DNA of 64,000 nt from an uncultured Pseudomonas sp. (GCA_943912755.1 CALTWF010000015.1:6065-70064), one strand, 5' to 3'. Shown: positions 49,676-60,252, counted from the first letter of the stretch. Numbers and translations are program-made. Notes: generated by a model from the sequence alone, not told the origin.

Positions 49676-50716
49676 TCAACGGGCATTGCGCCCGTTGGCC
49701 TCCCGCCACTCCGTGGGCGAGACACCATGAAACGCCCGGAATGCACGACTGAAATGCGACAGGTCGTTGAACCCTAGGGCAAATGCCAGTTCGGAAATAC
49801 GCTTGCCGGCGTGCAGCGGATTGAGCAACTCGGCGGCACAACGCTCAAGCCGACGCCGCAGGACGTAGCGCATCAGCGAGCTGCCTTCACGCTCGAACAG
49901 TTTGGCGATATAGCGGCTCGACAGGCCATTGGCCATAGCGACCTGCTCGGCGCCAAGGGTCGGGTCGCCCAGGTTGTCGTTGATATAGACCTTGACCCGC
50001 ATCAGGGTCAGCGCCTGTGACCGGGAGTGCTCCGGCTCATTGCTGGTTACCGTGCCCAGCGCCAGGGCGATCAGGTGGACGGCAGACTCGGAAAGGCGCG
50101 CCATTTCCTGGCAGGAAAACTCCCCGACCTGGGCACACAGCGTCTCCAGGAACGAGCGCAATACCCGGCCCGTCGGCGTATCCAGCGAGACCCGCGTGGC
50201 GGTGCGGCACTCCATGTCGGGAACCAGGTGGTTCAGGCTCGACCTGGGCAGGCTGACGATGATCTGCCGCCAGTCCTGCTGGAAATTCAGGAAATGCGGC
50301 CTGGTAGCGTCATAGATGGAAAACTCGCCGGGACAGATCACCGTGCGGTTACCGCCCTGCTCCAGGCACTCCTGGCCCTGCAGCATCAGCACGGCAAAGT
50401 ACTTGTCCTCATCGCGGCTGCGCGCATGCAGATGGCGCCGGTTGACCGACTGCGCCGAAGCACTGACATCGCTCACCCGCAGCAGATCGCATTTTTGCGA
50501 GCGTACCCGGCCGTGGAACCCGGGTGCCGCAAGCGCGCCAATCTCGACGTCGGCAAACAGACGCAGGATCATTTCCCGCCAATAGTCGACCCGTTCATGG
50601 GAGCTGGCGCTCAAGGTGGCGACGTCGATGCGCTCGCTCGTCCAGTCCGTTTGCGTCAAGCCGTGCCCGCCGGCAGACCTGCCGCGCACGAGCGCGCCAG
50701 GTGACTCGATATTCAT
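49676..50716 (-). CDS. AraC regulator (FeaR/NitR-like) of the aldoxime-nitrile operon
   Basis: YDATRP; GFNDLSHFSRAFR HTH; divergent from the channel-oxd-nth operon. Confidence 0.82.
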   Translation of the reverse strand: MNIESPGALVRGRSAGGHGLTQTDWTSERIDVATLSASSHERVDYWREMILRLFADVEIGALAAPGFHGRVRSQKCDLLRVSDVSASAQSVNRRHLHARSRDEDKYFAVLMLQGQECLEQGGNRTVICPGEFSIYDATRPHFLNFQQDWRQIIVSLPRSSLNHLVPDMECRTATRVSLDTPTGRVLRSFLETLCAQVGEFSCQEMARLSESAVHLIALALGTVTSNEPEHSRSQALTLMRVKVYINDNLGDPTLGAEQVAMANGLSSRYIAKLFEREGSSLMRYVLRRRLERCAAELLNPLHAGKRISELAFALGFNDLSHFSRAFRAFHGVSPTEWREANGRNAR

Positions 50717-51060
50717 CTCGGATACACCCCTGTTGTGATTATTGGCAGGATGAATCGTGGTGTTGCCCGCCCTCTCCCCTTGCTGGGGCCTTGGCTCGAA
50801 TCGAGCAGATCGGCTTTCACTGGTTTCAGACTCTTCATACGCCACTAACGGCTGCCTCGCTACTGCTACACGACGCAGGGCCGTTGCAGCACAGCTTTTG
50901 TTCCGTCTCAGCCAAGAACCCGGAAAGACCGTCTCCCATGCTATGGCCAACGAGCTGCTGGGCCGTTGTAGCCAGGCCCTGCACTCGTACCACCGTCGCC
51001 AATCGCGGGCGGACAACGACGACACAAGCCTGCCAAGGCTTTCACTTCCTGGGCGCTACG

Positions 51061-51958
51061 ATGAAAACAACGAGCTTCTTGCTGTGCGACGCGGGCAGAT
51101 GTACCGCTGCCGGCCTGGTCCTGAGCGGTCTGTCCCTGAATGCCGGCGCGGTGGAAGTCGCCCCGGGCGACTACGAGCAATACCCTGCGGGCGCGACGAT
51201 CGGTGTCGTCTACTACCAGCACGCCACCACCGACGCACTGCGCGCCGATGGCCGCTCGGCCAGTTCGGATTTCAACCTCACCTCGGACATCGGCATCCTG
51301 CGTTTGCTCCACGTTCATCAACTGAGCGAAACGGTGACCATCGATCCGCAGTTCCTCCTGCCCTTCGGCCATGTCTCGGGCAACGGCGATGCATCCGCCC
51401 TGGGCGATGCCAGCGGCACCGGCGACCTGATCCTGACCGCGCCGATCAAGTGGCTGCTCAACAGCGCCCGCGACACCTTCAGCCTCAACGCCTACCTCTA
51501 CGTTCCCAGCGGCAGCTACGACAACAAGGACGCGCTCAACCTCGGCGAGAACCGCTGGAAGGTCGACTTCCAGAGCGCCTACATCAAGCACTTCTCGGAC
51601 AAGTGGGCGGTTGACCTGGTCGGCGACGCCATCTGGTACGGCAAGAACGATGACTTCGGCAGCAGCTCCGCCAACCTCGAACAGAAGGTGAGCTACAGCA
51701 CCCAGCTCATGGCCCGCTACATGCCCGATCCGGCCACTGCGCTGGGGGTCGGTGTGGGGCATATCTGGGGCGGCGAAACCGAGGTCGACGGCGTTGACCG
51801 CGACGATGAGCTGCGCACCACCAACCTGCGCTTCACCGCCACGCGCTTCTTCACCGCCAAGGACCAGCTGCAACTGCAGCTCGGCCGCGACCTGGCGGTG
51901 GAAAACGGCCCTCGCGAAGACTTCCGGCTGAACCTGCGCTACGCGCACATCTTACTAG
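51061..51958 (+). CDS. MetA-pathway-type outer-membrane channel; stop codon lost by an apparent 1-nt insertion, reads into oxd
   Basis: Signal peptide, GDLIL, PSGSYD..LNLGENRW; end reads CAC ATC TTA CTAG instead of the expected ATC TTC TAG (RYAHIF*). Confidence 0.72.
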
Positions 51959-52011
51959 CCCGCCCCGCCGTTCGACGACAACGAAAACAACGACAAACCG
52001 TGAGGCCCGAA

Positions 52012-53082
52012 ATGGAATCTGCAATCGACAAGCACCTGATGTGCCCCCGGCTGCGCGCGCGCAGGATCGACGATGACTACACCCCGCCCTTCCCCGCCTG
52101 GGTCGGTCGCGCCGACCCGGCCATCACCCACTACGTCATGGCCTACTTCGGCGTGCAGGGCAAAGGCCAGCACCAGCTCGGCGCAGCCTGCTCGGGACTG
52201 CGCCACATCGTCGGGATGCTTGCGCTGGACCATGGTCCGCGCCACCACGACCTGGCCCATTACGTCGATGCCGAAGGCTACGACAACATGGTCGCCATTG
52301 CGTACTGGGACAGCCCCGACGCGTTCCAGCGCTGGCAGTCCAATGAGCAGGTCAACGCCTGGTGGGACAGCGAAACGCTGGGCGACGATGGCCTGGGCTA
52401 CTTCCGCGAGGTACTGACGCCGCCGGTCGAGCGCTTCGAAACGCTCTATGCCATGCCCGAAGGCATGGAAGGCGTCGGCGTGGTCATGGGCACGCGCAGC
52501 GACGAGATCCAGGAGCATGGCTACTGGGGCTCCATGCGGGACCGCATCCCCCTCTCGCAGACCGACGCCATGCAACCCAAGGGCGAACTCCAGGCCAGCC
52601 GCACCCCACGCCGCACCCGCGTCAGCGGCCATGACAACCTGGTGGTGATCCGCTCCGGCCAGGACTGGACGCAGACCCAGGGCCAGGAACGCGAGCTGTA
52701 CCTGGGCCAGATGGAGCCGGTGCTGCGGGCCGGCATGGACTTCCTGCGCGATGACGGTCGCCAGGTGGGTTGCTACAGCAACCGCTACATGCAGCACCTC
52801 GATGCCCGCGGCCAGCGTGAGGAAAAAAGCTTCTCGGTCAGCCACTGGCGCTCCCTCTCCCATCTGGAACGCTGGTCCGAGTCGCACCCGACCCATATCG
52901 AGATCTTCGGCACTTTCATGCGCATGGTGCAAAGCCTGCAGGGCGAGCTGAAGTGGAAGGGCTATCACGAAGTCAGCGTGCTGCGCGCCGAAGACCAGCA
53001 GTTCGAATACATCAATTGCCACCCCGGCACCGGCCTGCTGGGCGGCGCCTGCCCCCTTCGGCAACCAGGAGACGAACGATGA
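52012..53082 (+). CDS. oxd: Aldoxime dehydratase (heme)
   Basis: MESAIDKHL start; HGYWGSMRDR, IRSGQDW, HPTH, YHEV. Confidence 0.9.
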   Translation: MESAIDKHLMCPRLRARRIDDDYTPPFPAWVGRADPAITHYVMAYFGVQGKGQHQLGAACSGLRHIVGMLALDHGPRHHDLAHYVDAEGYDNMVAIAYWDSPDAFQRWQSNEQVNAWWDSETLGDDGLGYFREVLTPPVERFETLYAMPEGMEGVGVVMGTRSDEIQEHGYWGSMRDRIPLSQTDAMQPKGELQASRTPRRTRVSGHDNLVVIRSGQDWTQTQGQERELYLGQMEPVLRAGMDFLRDDGRQVGCYSNRYMQHLDARGQREEKSFSVSHWRSLSHLERWSESHPTHIEIFGTFMRMVQSLQGELKWKGYHEVSVLRAEDQQFEYINCHPGTGLLGGACPLRQPGDER

Positions 53083-53720
53083 ACAAGCCCACGCACACCC
53101 CGGTGGTGACGGCCGCCGAACGCGCCTACGCACTCAAGCAGGCGCTGGCGGAACAGCAACTGATCCCGGACGGTTACATCGAACAGTTCACCGACGTCAT
53201 GGAAAACGATTTCGACCCCGCCAATGGCGCACGGGTCGTGGCCCGTGCCTGGATGGACCCGGACTACCGCGAGTTGCTGCTGCGCGACGGCACGGCTGCC
53301 TGCGACCAGTTCGGCTACACCGGCGCACAGGGCGAGTACATCGTCGCGCTGGAAAACACCGCGACCCTGCACAACGTGATCGTCTGCACCCTGTGCTCCT
53401 GCACCGCCTGGCCCGTGCTGGGACTGCCGCCGGACTGGTACAAGAGCTTCGAGTACCGCTCGCGCGTCGTGCGCGAATCACGCACGGTGCTGCGCGAGAT
53501 GGGCCTCGACCTGCCCGCGCAGGTCAGCATCCGCGTCTGGGACACCACCGCCGAAACCCGCTACATGGTGCTGCCCGTTCGTCCGCAAGGTACCGAGGGC
53601 TGGAGCGAGGAAGCGCTCGCCAGCCTGGTGACCAAGGACGTGCTGATCGGCATCGCCAGGCCTGAAGTCGGCGTCACCCAGGCATCGGTCAAGGAGGCAG
53701 AACATGGACGGCATTCATGA
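53079..53720 (+). CDS. nthA: Nitrile hydratase alpha subunit
   Basis: VCTLCSCTAWPVLGLPPDWYK metal motif. Confidence 0.92.
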   Translation: MNKPTHTPVVTAAERAYALKQALAEQQLIPDGYIEQFTDVMENDFDPANGARVVARAWMDPDYRELLLRDGTAACDQFGYTGAQGEYIVALENTATLHNVIVCTLCSCTAWPVLGLPPDWYKSFEYRSRVVRESRTVLREMGLDLPAQVSIRVWDTTAETRYMVLPVRPQGTEGWSEEALASLVTKDVLIGIARPEVGVTQASVKEAEHGRHS

Positions 53721-54336
53721 TCTGGGCGGCAAGCAGGGCTTCGGCTCGGTCCCACACCAGGCCAACACCCTGAGTTACCTGCCGGTGTTCCACGAGGACT
53801 GGGAGCACCTGGGCTACAGCCTGCTGTTTCTCGGGGTCGGCGAGCTGGGCCTGTTCAACGTCGATGAGCTGCGCCACGCCATCGAGCGCATGGAACCGCG
53901 CCATTACCTGGCCTCCAGCTACTACGACCGCATCGTCATCGGCGTCGCGACGCTGTTCGTCGAAAAGGGTGCGCTACGCCAGGAGCGCCTGGCAGAACTG
54001 GCCGGCGGGGCTTATCCGCTGGCCCTGACGCAAGGCCCAGGGCGTGAGGCGCGGGTTCGCGCAACGCCATTCGAGGTGGGCGACCACGTCCGGGTGCGCG
54101 ACGAATTCGTTGCCGGCCACATACGCATGCCGGGTTATGTACGCAACAAACGCGGGGTGGTGATCCATCGCACCGGCCATGCATGGCCCTTCCCCGACGC
54201 CGTCGGGCATGGCTTGCCCAGCCCGTCCGAGCCGACCTACCACGTCCTGTTCACTACCGAGGAGCTGTGGGGCGAGGGTGCCGACAGCGGCACGGTGGTC
54301 GTGGACCTGTTCGGCGGCTACCTGCTCCCGGCCTGA
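53704..54336 (+). CDS. nthB: Nitrile hydratase beta subunit
   Basis: MDGIHDLGG, RHAIERM, GHIRMPGYVR. Confidence 0.92.
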   Translation: MDGIHDLGGKQGFGSVPHQANTLSYLPVFHEDWEHLGYSLLFLGVGELGLFNVDELRHAIERMEPRHYLASSYYDRIVIGVATLFVEKGALRQERLAELAGGAYPLALTQGPGREARVRATPFEVGDHVRVRDEFVAGHIRMPGYVRNKRGVVIHRTGHAWPFPDAVGHGLPSPSEPTYHVLFTTEELWGEGADSGTVVVDLFGGYLLPA

Positions 54337-54423
54337 CGAACAGCTTTTGGTGTGGCGAGCCGGCACGGAAAGCCCATGCATCGCCCCACCCTTTTTTCCT
54401 CATCACTCAGCGAGAAACAGCAC

Positions 54424-55941
54424 ATGGCAATCCACAGACCCGGTACCGACGAACTCGCCGAGATCGCCGCCGCCCTTGGCATCCACCTCAGCGGTTCGCA
54501 ATTGGAGACCTACCACGCAGCGTTGCAAGCCAATTTCGACGCCTACGATCAACTGGACCAACTGGCCGACTTCATTCCCCGGCCCGACTATCCACGAGAG
54601 GCCCCGAGCATCCCCGCAGCGGAAGAAAACCCGCTGGGCGCCTGGCAGTGCAAGACGCTGATCCAGGGCCGACCGGCAGGCCCGCTGGCGGGCAAGCGCG
54701 TGGTGATCAAGGACAACGTGGCGGTCGCAGGACTGCCGATGCTCAACGGTTCCTTCACCCTCGACGGCTACGTGCCGGAAACCGATGCCACGGTGGTGAC
54801 CCGCCTGCTCGATGCCGGCGCCACCATTACCGGCAAGGCCGTCTGCGAAGCCTTGTGCTTCTCCGGGGGCTCGCACACCTCGGCCAGCGGTCCGGTGCAC
54901 AACCCCCTGCGCCACGGCTACTCGGCAGGCGGTTCCTCGTCGGGCTCGGCGGCCCTGGTCGCGGCCGGTGAAGCCGACATGGCGGTGGGCAGCGACCAGG
55001 GCGGCTCGGTGCGCATTCCCGCGGCCTATTGCGGCGTGTACGGGATAAAACCGACCCACGGCCTGGTGCCTTACACCGGCGCCATGCCCATTGAAAGCAC
55101 GCTCGACCACCTTGGCCCGATCACCGCCAACGTTCGCGATAACGCGCTGATGCTGGAAGCCATGGCCGGCGTCGATGGCCTCGATCCCCGGCAGACCGGC
55201 CTGTGTCGCCCGGGAGGCTACGTCGCGGCATTGTCCGCCGGCGTGGCGGGCTTGCGAATCGGCGTGCTGCGCGAAGGCTTCGGCCAGGCCAACTCGGAGG
55301 CGGTGGTGGACCAGGCCGTGCGCGACGCGGCACAGGTCTTCCGTACCCTGGGGGCGCGCGTCGAAGAGGTCTCCCTGCCCATGCACAACCAGGGGCCGGC
55401 CATCTGGCTGGCGATTGCCGCCGAGGGTGCGACCGCGCAAATGATGAAAGGCAACAGCCATGGCTTCAATTGGCGCGGGCTTTACCTGACCGGCATGATC
55501 AAGGCCCATGCCCGCTGGCGCGAGCGTGCCGACGAACTGCCCGACACGGTCAAGACCACCCTGATCCTCGGTGAATACATGACCCGCCGTTACCAGGGTC
55601 ATTACTATGCCAAGGCGCAGAATCTCGCCCGCCATCTGCGCCTGGCCTACGACGTGCTGTTCAGCAGTTTCGACCTGCTGCTGATGCCGACCCTGCCGCT
55701 GCGCGCAACGCCATTGCCCGATGCCGGCGCCCCGGTCGAGGCGATTCTCGGCCGCGCCTTCGAAATGCTCGGCAATACCTGTGGTTTCGATGCGACCGGC
55801 CACCCGGCGATGTCGATCCCGTGCGGCCTGCATGACGGGCTGCCGATCGGCCTGCAACTGGTTGCCCGGCACTTCGATGAAGCACAGATCTATCGCGCCG
55901 CGCAGGCGTTCGAGCAGGCGGTCGACTGGCGGGCACGCTGA
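54424..55941 (+). CDS. Amidase (amidase signature family)
   Basis: IKDN, GGSSSGS, GSDQGGSVRIP. Confidence 0.9.
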   Translation: MAIHRPGTDELAEIAAALGIHLSGSQLETYHAALQANFDAYDQLDQLADFIPRPDYPREAPSIPAAEENPLGAWQCKTLIQGRPAGPLAGKRVVIKDNVAVAGLPMLNGSFTLDGYVPETDATVVTRLLDAGATITGKAVCEALCFSGGSHTSASGPVHNPLRHGYSAGGSSSGSAALVAAGEADMAVGSDQGGSVRIPAAYCGVYGIKPTHGLVPYTGAMPIESTLDHLGPITANVRDNALMLEAMAGVDGLDPRQTGLCRPGGYVAALSAGVAGLRIGVLREGFGQANSEAVVDQAVRDAAQVFRTLGARVEEVSLPMHNQGPAIWLAIAAEGATAQMMKGNSHGFNWRGLYLTGMIKAHARWRERADELPDTVKTTLILGEYMTRRYQGHYYAKAQNLARHLRLAYDVLFSSFDLLLMPTLPLRATPLPDAGAPVEAILGRAFEMLGNTCGFDATGHPAMSIPCGLHDGLPIGLQLVARHFDEAQIYRAAQAFEQAVDWRAR

Positions 55942-55960
55942 GGGGGGGGCACTGCCAAAT

Positions 55961-55990
55961 GGCCGGGCGCGCCTTCCGACGCGCCCGGCC
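55961..55990. terminator. GC hairpin between convergent amidase and glcB
   Basis: GGCCGGGCGCG/CGCGCCCGGCC stem. Confidence 0.5.
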
Positions 55991-56016
55991 TGCAAGCCCC
56001 GAAGGGATGGCTGCAA

Positions 56017-58194
56017 TCAGCCGCGAGCCTTGTACTGCTGCCTGAAGCGGTGGAGCAATGGCTCGGTATAGCCGCTCGGCTGCCGGGTGCCATCGAACAC
56101 CAGGGCACAGGCCGCCGCGAATGCCAGCGAGGCGTCGAAGTCCGGCGCCATCGGCCGGTACAGCGGATCCCCCAGGTTCTGTCCGTCGACCACCACGGCC
56201 ATGCGCTTGAGCGCCGCCAGCACCTGGTCGGCGTGCACCACGCCATGGCGCAGCCAGTTGGCGATGTGCTGGCTGGAGATGCGCAAGGTGGCGCGGTCTT
56301 CCATCAGGCCGATGTCATGGATATCCGGCACCTTGGAACAGCCGACGCCCTGCTCGACCCAGCGCACCACATAGCCGAGCAACCCTTGCGCGTTGTTCTC
56401 CAGTTCTTCGGCAATCGCCCGGGCATCCCAGTCGGCGAGGTTGCCCAGGGGAATTTCCAGCAGTTCATCCTGCAGCCCTGCCAGTTCGTCGGCGCTGGCC
56501 GTGGCGATGATGTCGCGCTGCACGGCGCCGACATCGACCTGGTGATAGTGCATGGCATGCAGCGTGGCCGCCGTCGGCGATGGCACCCAGGCGGTGTTCG
56601 CGCCGGCCTGCGGGTGGGCGATCTTCTGCTCCAGCATCGCCTGCATCAGGTCGGGCATGGCCCACATGCCCTTGCCGATCTGCGCCCGGCCGCGCAACTG
56701 GCAGTCCAGGCCGATCAATACGTTGTTGCGCTCGTAGGCCTTGAGCCAGCGGCTGGACTTCATGTCGGCCTTGCGCAGCATCGGCCCGGCCTCCATCAGC
56801 GTGTGCATTTCGTCGCCGGTGCGGTCGAGGAAACCGGTGTTGATGAACACCAGGCGCTCGCTGGCCTGGGCGATGCACGCCTTGAGGTTGAGGCTGGTGC
56901 GCCGCTCCTCGTCCATGATGCCCATCTTCAGGGTGTTGCCCGGGAGCCCCAGCAGGGCCTCGACACGACCGAACAGCTGCGCGGTGAAGGCCACTTCCTC
57001 GGGGCCGTGCATCTTCGGTTTGACGATATAGACGCTGCCATGCCGGGCGTTGCGCCGGTGCTCCAGGTCATGCAGCGCCGCCAGGCTGGTGACCACGGCG
57101 TCGACGATGCCTTCCGGCACTTCGCCGCCGGCGTTGTCGAGCAGCGCCGGGGTGGTCATCAGGTGGCCGACGTTGCGCACCAGCATCAGCGAACAGCCGG
57201 GCAGCCATAGCGTGCTGCCGTCGGCCCGCGACCACTGGCGCGGCGGGTTGAGCCGGCGGGTCAGGGTGCGGCCGTTCTTTTCCAGGGTTTCGCTCAGGTC
57301 ACCCTTCATCAGCCCCAGCCAGTTGCGGTAGACCAGCACCTTGTCGGCGGCATCCACGGCGGCCACCGAATCCTCGCAGTCCATGATGGTGGTCAGCGCA
57401 GCTTCCAGCACCACGTCATGGATCTGCGCCGGGTCCTGGCTGCCGATGGCGGTGCTGCCGTCGATATGGAGTTCGATATGCAGGCCGTTGTTGATCAGCA
57501 ACAGCGCGCTCGGCGCCGCGGTATCGCCGCGCAGGCCGAGCCATTGCCGTGGGTCGGCGAGGCCGCTGGTGGAGCCGTCGGCCAGGGTCACGCGCAACTG
57601 GCCGTTGTCGATGGCGTAGCGTGTCGAACCGAGGTGACTGCCCGAGGCCAGCGGCACGCTACGGTCGAGAAACCCGCGGGCGAAGGCCACCACCTGCTGC
57701 GCCCGCTGCGGATTGAAAGCCGCTTGCCGGGCTGTCGGGCCTTCGTCGGCGATCACATCGGTACCGTACAAGGCGTCATACAGCGAGCCCCAACGGGCGT
57801 TGGCGGCATTCAGCGCATAGCGCGCATTCATCACCGGCACCACCAGTTGCGGGCCGGCCTGCAGGGCGATTTCGCTATCGACGTTGCCGGTGCTCACCGC
57901 CACCGTCTCGGGTACGGCTTGCAGGTAGCCGATGGAATGCAGGAAGGCCCGGTAGGCGGACTTGTCCACCACCGGGCCCGGGTTGCTGCGGTGCCAGGCA
58001 TCCAGTTGCGCCTGGAGCACCTCGCGTTTATCGAGCAAGGCGCGGTTAAGCGGTGCGAGGTCATGCACCAGTTGATCGAAGCCGCTCCAGAAATGCTCGA
58101 CGTCCACGCCGCTACCCGGCAGCAGCTCGTCCTCGATGAAGTGCAACAACGCTGGCGCGACGGCCAGATGACCTCTGTGCTGAAAATCGCTCAT
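56017..58194 (-). CDS. glcB: Malate synthase G
   Basis: [53 protein letters not shown]; 725 aa. Confidence 0.95.
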   Translation of the reverse strand: MSDFQHRGHLAVAPALLHFIEDELLPGSGVDVEHFWSGFDQLVHDLAPLNRALLDKREVLQAQLDAWHRSNPGPVVDKSAYRAFLHSIGYLQAVPETVAVSTGNVDSEIALQAGPQLVVPVMNARYALNAANARWGSLYDALYGTDVIADEGPTARQAAFNPQRAQQVVAFARGFLDRSVPLASGSHLGSTRYAIDNGQLRVTLADGSTSGLADPRQWLGLRGDTAAPSALLLINNGLHIELHIDGSTAIGSQDPAQIHDVVLEAALTTIMDCEDSVAAVDAADKVLVYRNWLGLMKGDLSETLEKNGRTLTRRLNPPRQWSRADGSTLWLPGCSLMLVRNVGHLMTTPALLDNAGGEVPEGIVDAVVTSLAALHDLEHRRNARHGSVYIVKPKMHGPEEVAFTAQLFGRVEALLGLPGNTLKMGIMDEERRTSLNLKACIAQASERLVFINTGFLDRTGDEMHTLMEAGPMLRKADMKSSRWLKAYERNNVLIGLDCQLRGRAQIGKGMWAMPDLMQAMLEQKIAHPQAGANTAWVPSPTAATLHAMHYHQVDVGAVQRDIIATASADELAGLQDELLEIPLGNLADWDARAIAEELENNAQGLLGYVVRWVEQGVGCSKVPDIHDIGLMEDRATLRISSQHIANWLRHGVVHADQVLAALKRMAVVVDGQNLGDPLYRPMAPDFDASLAFAAACALVFDGTRQPSGYTEPLLHRFRQQYKARG

Positions 58195-58264
58195 GACGCT
58201 CCTCGCTTGCGCCCTTCCAGGGCGTGCTTCTTCTTGTTGGGGAGGCGCCAGTGTTACTCATTAT

Positions 58265-58284
58265 GTATTTTGAATTCAATATTC
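58265..58284. promoter_or_regulatory. GntR-type operator upstream of glcB
   Basis: GTATTTTGAATTCAATATTC, a near-copy of the 60365-60384 palindrome. Confidence 0.7.
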
Positions 58285-59514
58285 ATTTTTCATGAGCTGG
58301 CGGATACGCCCGAGGCTGTCCGTTGCCTCCAGCGCGGCATGAACCTGCAAGCGCCCGCACGGGGCAACCCGCAGTACCCGCGCCAGCAACCCCGCCACCT
58401 CGGCCATGTGCTCGCCCTGCAAGCCCTGCCGGGTGATGAATTGCGTGCCCAGGCGCAAGGCATGCCCGCCGGCCCGGGTCGGATCGACGCAAGTGCCGAT
58501 CAGGATGCCGTGGGCTTGCAATGCCTGCATGGCGCTACGCGGGTCGACCCCGGCGGTCAGCGGCAGCAGCAGTTGATGGGTGTGCACCTCATTGCCCGTC
58601 GCCGCGATCACCGGCAAGCCGGCCGCCAGCAAGGCACGGTGCAGTGCGGCGCTGTTGCCGACGATGCGCCGCGCATACTCGCCGCCGTCGGCCAGGGCTT
58701 CGTCCAGGGTGACCGCCAGCGACGGCAAGCGCCCGGCGTCGTAGTTGGCGAGCATGCGTGTGTCCAGCAGGCTGCGCAGCACCTCGGCGTCCTGCGGGTC
58801 GCGGCCCAGCACCAGGCCCTGGGGACGACCCGGCAGTGTCTTGTAGGTGGAACTGCTGAGCAGGTCGACGCCGGCATCGAAGGGATTGGGATACACCCCG
58901 CCGGCGATCAGGCCGAGCACATGGGAGGCGTCGAACAGGGTCTTCGCGCCCACCGCGCGCGCCGCCTGCACCACGGCGGCGATGTCGTCGGCCTTGACCA
59001 TGATGCTGCGGCCCAGCACCACCAGGCGTGGCCTGATCCGCTCCACCAGCTCGACCGCCCGCTGGGCATCCAGCTGGCAGGTGGTGCGGTCGAATGGCAG
59101 GTCCTCGACGGTCAGGCCGGCCAGCTCCGCCGTACCACCCCGCCGCTGGCTGAGGTGACCGCCATGTTCGGCCGCCGGGGCCAGTATCCGCTCACCCGGC
59201 TGGCAAAAGGCCTGGAACACCGCGAGATTGGCCAGGGTGCAGCTGGGCAGGCGCACTTCCGCCCAGGCGGCGTTGAACAGGCGCATCGCCGCCTGGCTGG
59301 TGAACTGTTCCAGTTCACTGACCAGTTCGGTCTCCGGCTGCTCCTTGGCATACGCCGGGCCCATGGCCGGGTAGGCACTCAGCGCCGGATTGTAGGCGGC
59401 CATCGCCCGCTCGCTGGGCAGGTTGGCCCCGGCATAGAGCATCAGGCGCTGCGCTTGCAGTTGCGGCAGACGCCCGGCGCAGGCCTCCAGCAATTGATCG
59501 ACAGTGCGGCTCAT
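58276..59514 (-). CDS. Atypical SHMT-fold PLP enzyme (possible folate-independent aldolase/transaldolase)
   Basis: HGGHLS, DASHVLGLIAGG, SSTYKTLPG (PLP Lys), LRLGT; lacks the canonical NKYAEGYPGxRYYGG. Confidence 0.75.
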   Translation of the reverse strand: MSRTVDQLLEACAGRLPQLQAQRLMLYAGANLPSERAMAAYNPALSAYPAMGPAYAKEQPETELVSELEQFTSQAAMRLFNAAWAEVRLPSCTLANLAVFQAFCQPGERILAPAAEHGGHLSQRRGGTAELAGLTVEDLPFDRTTCQLDAQRAVELVERIRPRLVVLGRSIMVKADDIAAVVQAARAVGAKTLFDASHVLGLIAGGVYPNPFDAGVDLLSSSTYKTLPGRPQGLVLGRDPQDAEVLRSLLDTRMLANYDAGRLPSLAVTLDEALADGGEYARRIVGNSAALHRALLAAGLPVIAATGNEVHTHQLLLPLTAGVDPRSAMQALQAHGILIGTCVDPTRAGGHALRLGTQFITRQGLQGEHMAEVAGLLARVLRVAPCGRLQVHAALEATDSLGRIRQLMKNEY

Positions 59515-59517
59515 GGT

Positions 59518-60252
59518 TCAGGCTCCCCGCTGGCGGATCGAACCGGGGTGCTCGGCATCGTCACGCACCATGAGCATGATCGCGTTGCGCTTTTCCAGCA
59601 GGTGATGACGGAGGATCTCGCTGAGGCGCTTACCGTCCCGCTCCTGCAGGGCGACGATCATGTCCTCGTGGTCGTGCAGCGCTCTGTCCCACTTCGGCGC
59701 CTGCTGGTTGGACAGGTAGCGCAGCGAATGGATACGCCGGTTCAACGACAGGTACACCTGACGCAGCGCCGAATTGCGCGCCGCCAGGTTGATCAGGTCG
59801 TGGATCGAGCGGTTGCGGTGGTAGTAGCCCGGCAGGTCGTTCTGGTTCTTGCTGACCACCATGGCGTTGTGCAGCGCCTTGATCTCGTCCAGCTCCTGCT
59901 CGGTGATGCGCTCGCAGGCCAGCTCGCCGGCGAAGGCTTCGATCCCGCTCATCAGCTCGAAGGTCTCGCGGATCTCCTGCTCCGACATGCGCGCAACGCT
60001 GGCGCCACGGTTGGGATTGATCTCGATCAGGCCCTCCATGGCCAGCACCTTCAGCGCCTCGCGCAAGGGCGTGCGGGAAATGCCCAGGGTGTCGCACAGC
60101 TCGCGCTCGTTGAGTTTCTGTCCGGCGCTGAGCACGCCTTCGGTAATGAAGCTGCGCAGGTGCTCGACCACCGTGTCGTGCAGGCGCTGACGTTCGAGGC
60201 GGGGCATCAGCGGCGACTTGTTTACTGTGTTCAACTCACTATTATTTTGCAT
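59518..60252 (-). CDS. GntR/FadR (FCD) regulator
   Basis: LNERELC..LGISRTPLREAL HTH; FCD domain. Confidence 0.9.
   Translation of the reverse strand: MQNNSELNTVNKSPLMPRLERQRLHDTVVEHLRSFITEGVLSAGQKLNERELCDTLGISRTPLREALKVLAMEGLIEINPNRGASVARMSEQEIRETFELMSGIEAFAGELACERITEQELDEIKALHNAMVVSKNQNDLPGYYHRNRSIHDLINLAARNSALRQVYLSLNRRIHSLRYLSNQQAPKWDRALHDHEDMIVALQERDGKRLSEILRHHLLEKRNAIMLMVRDDAEHPGSIRQRGA

Noticed and set aside
50524..53082. 852-aa novel porin-dehydratase fusion protein
   Set aside because: Better explained by a 1-nt insertion destroying the channel's stop codon; a beta-barrel and a cytoplasmic heme enzyme are topologically incompatible, and oxd has its own RBS
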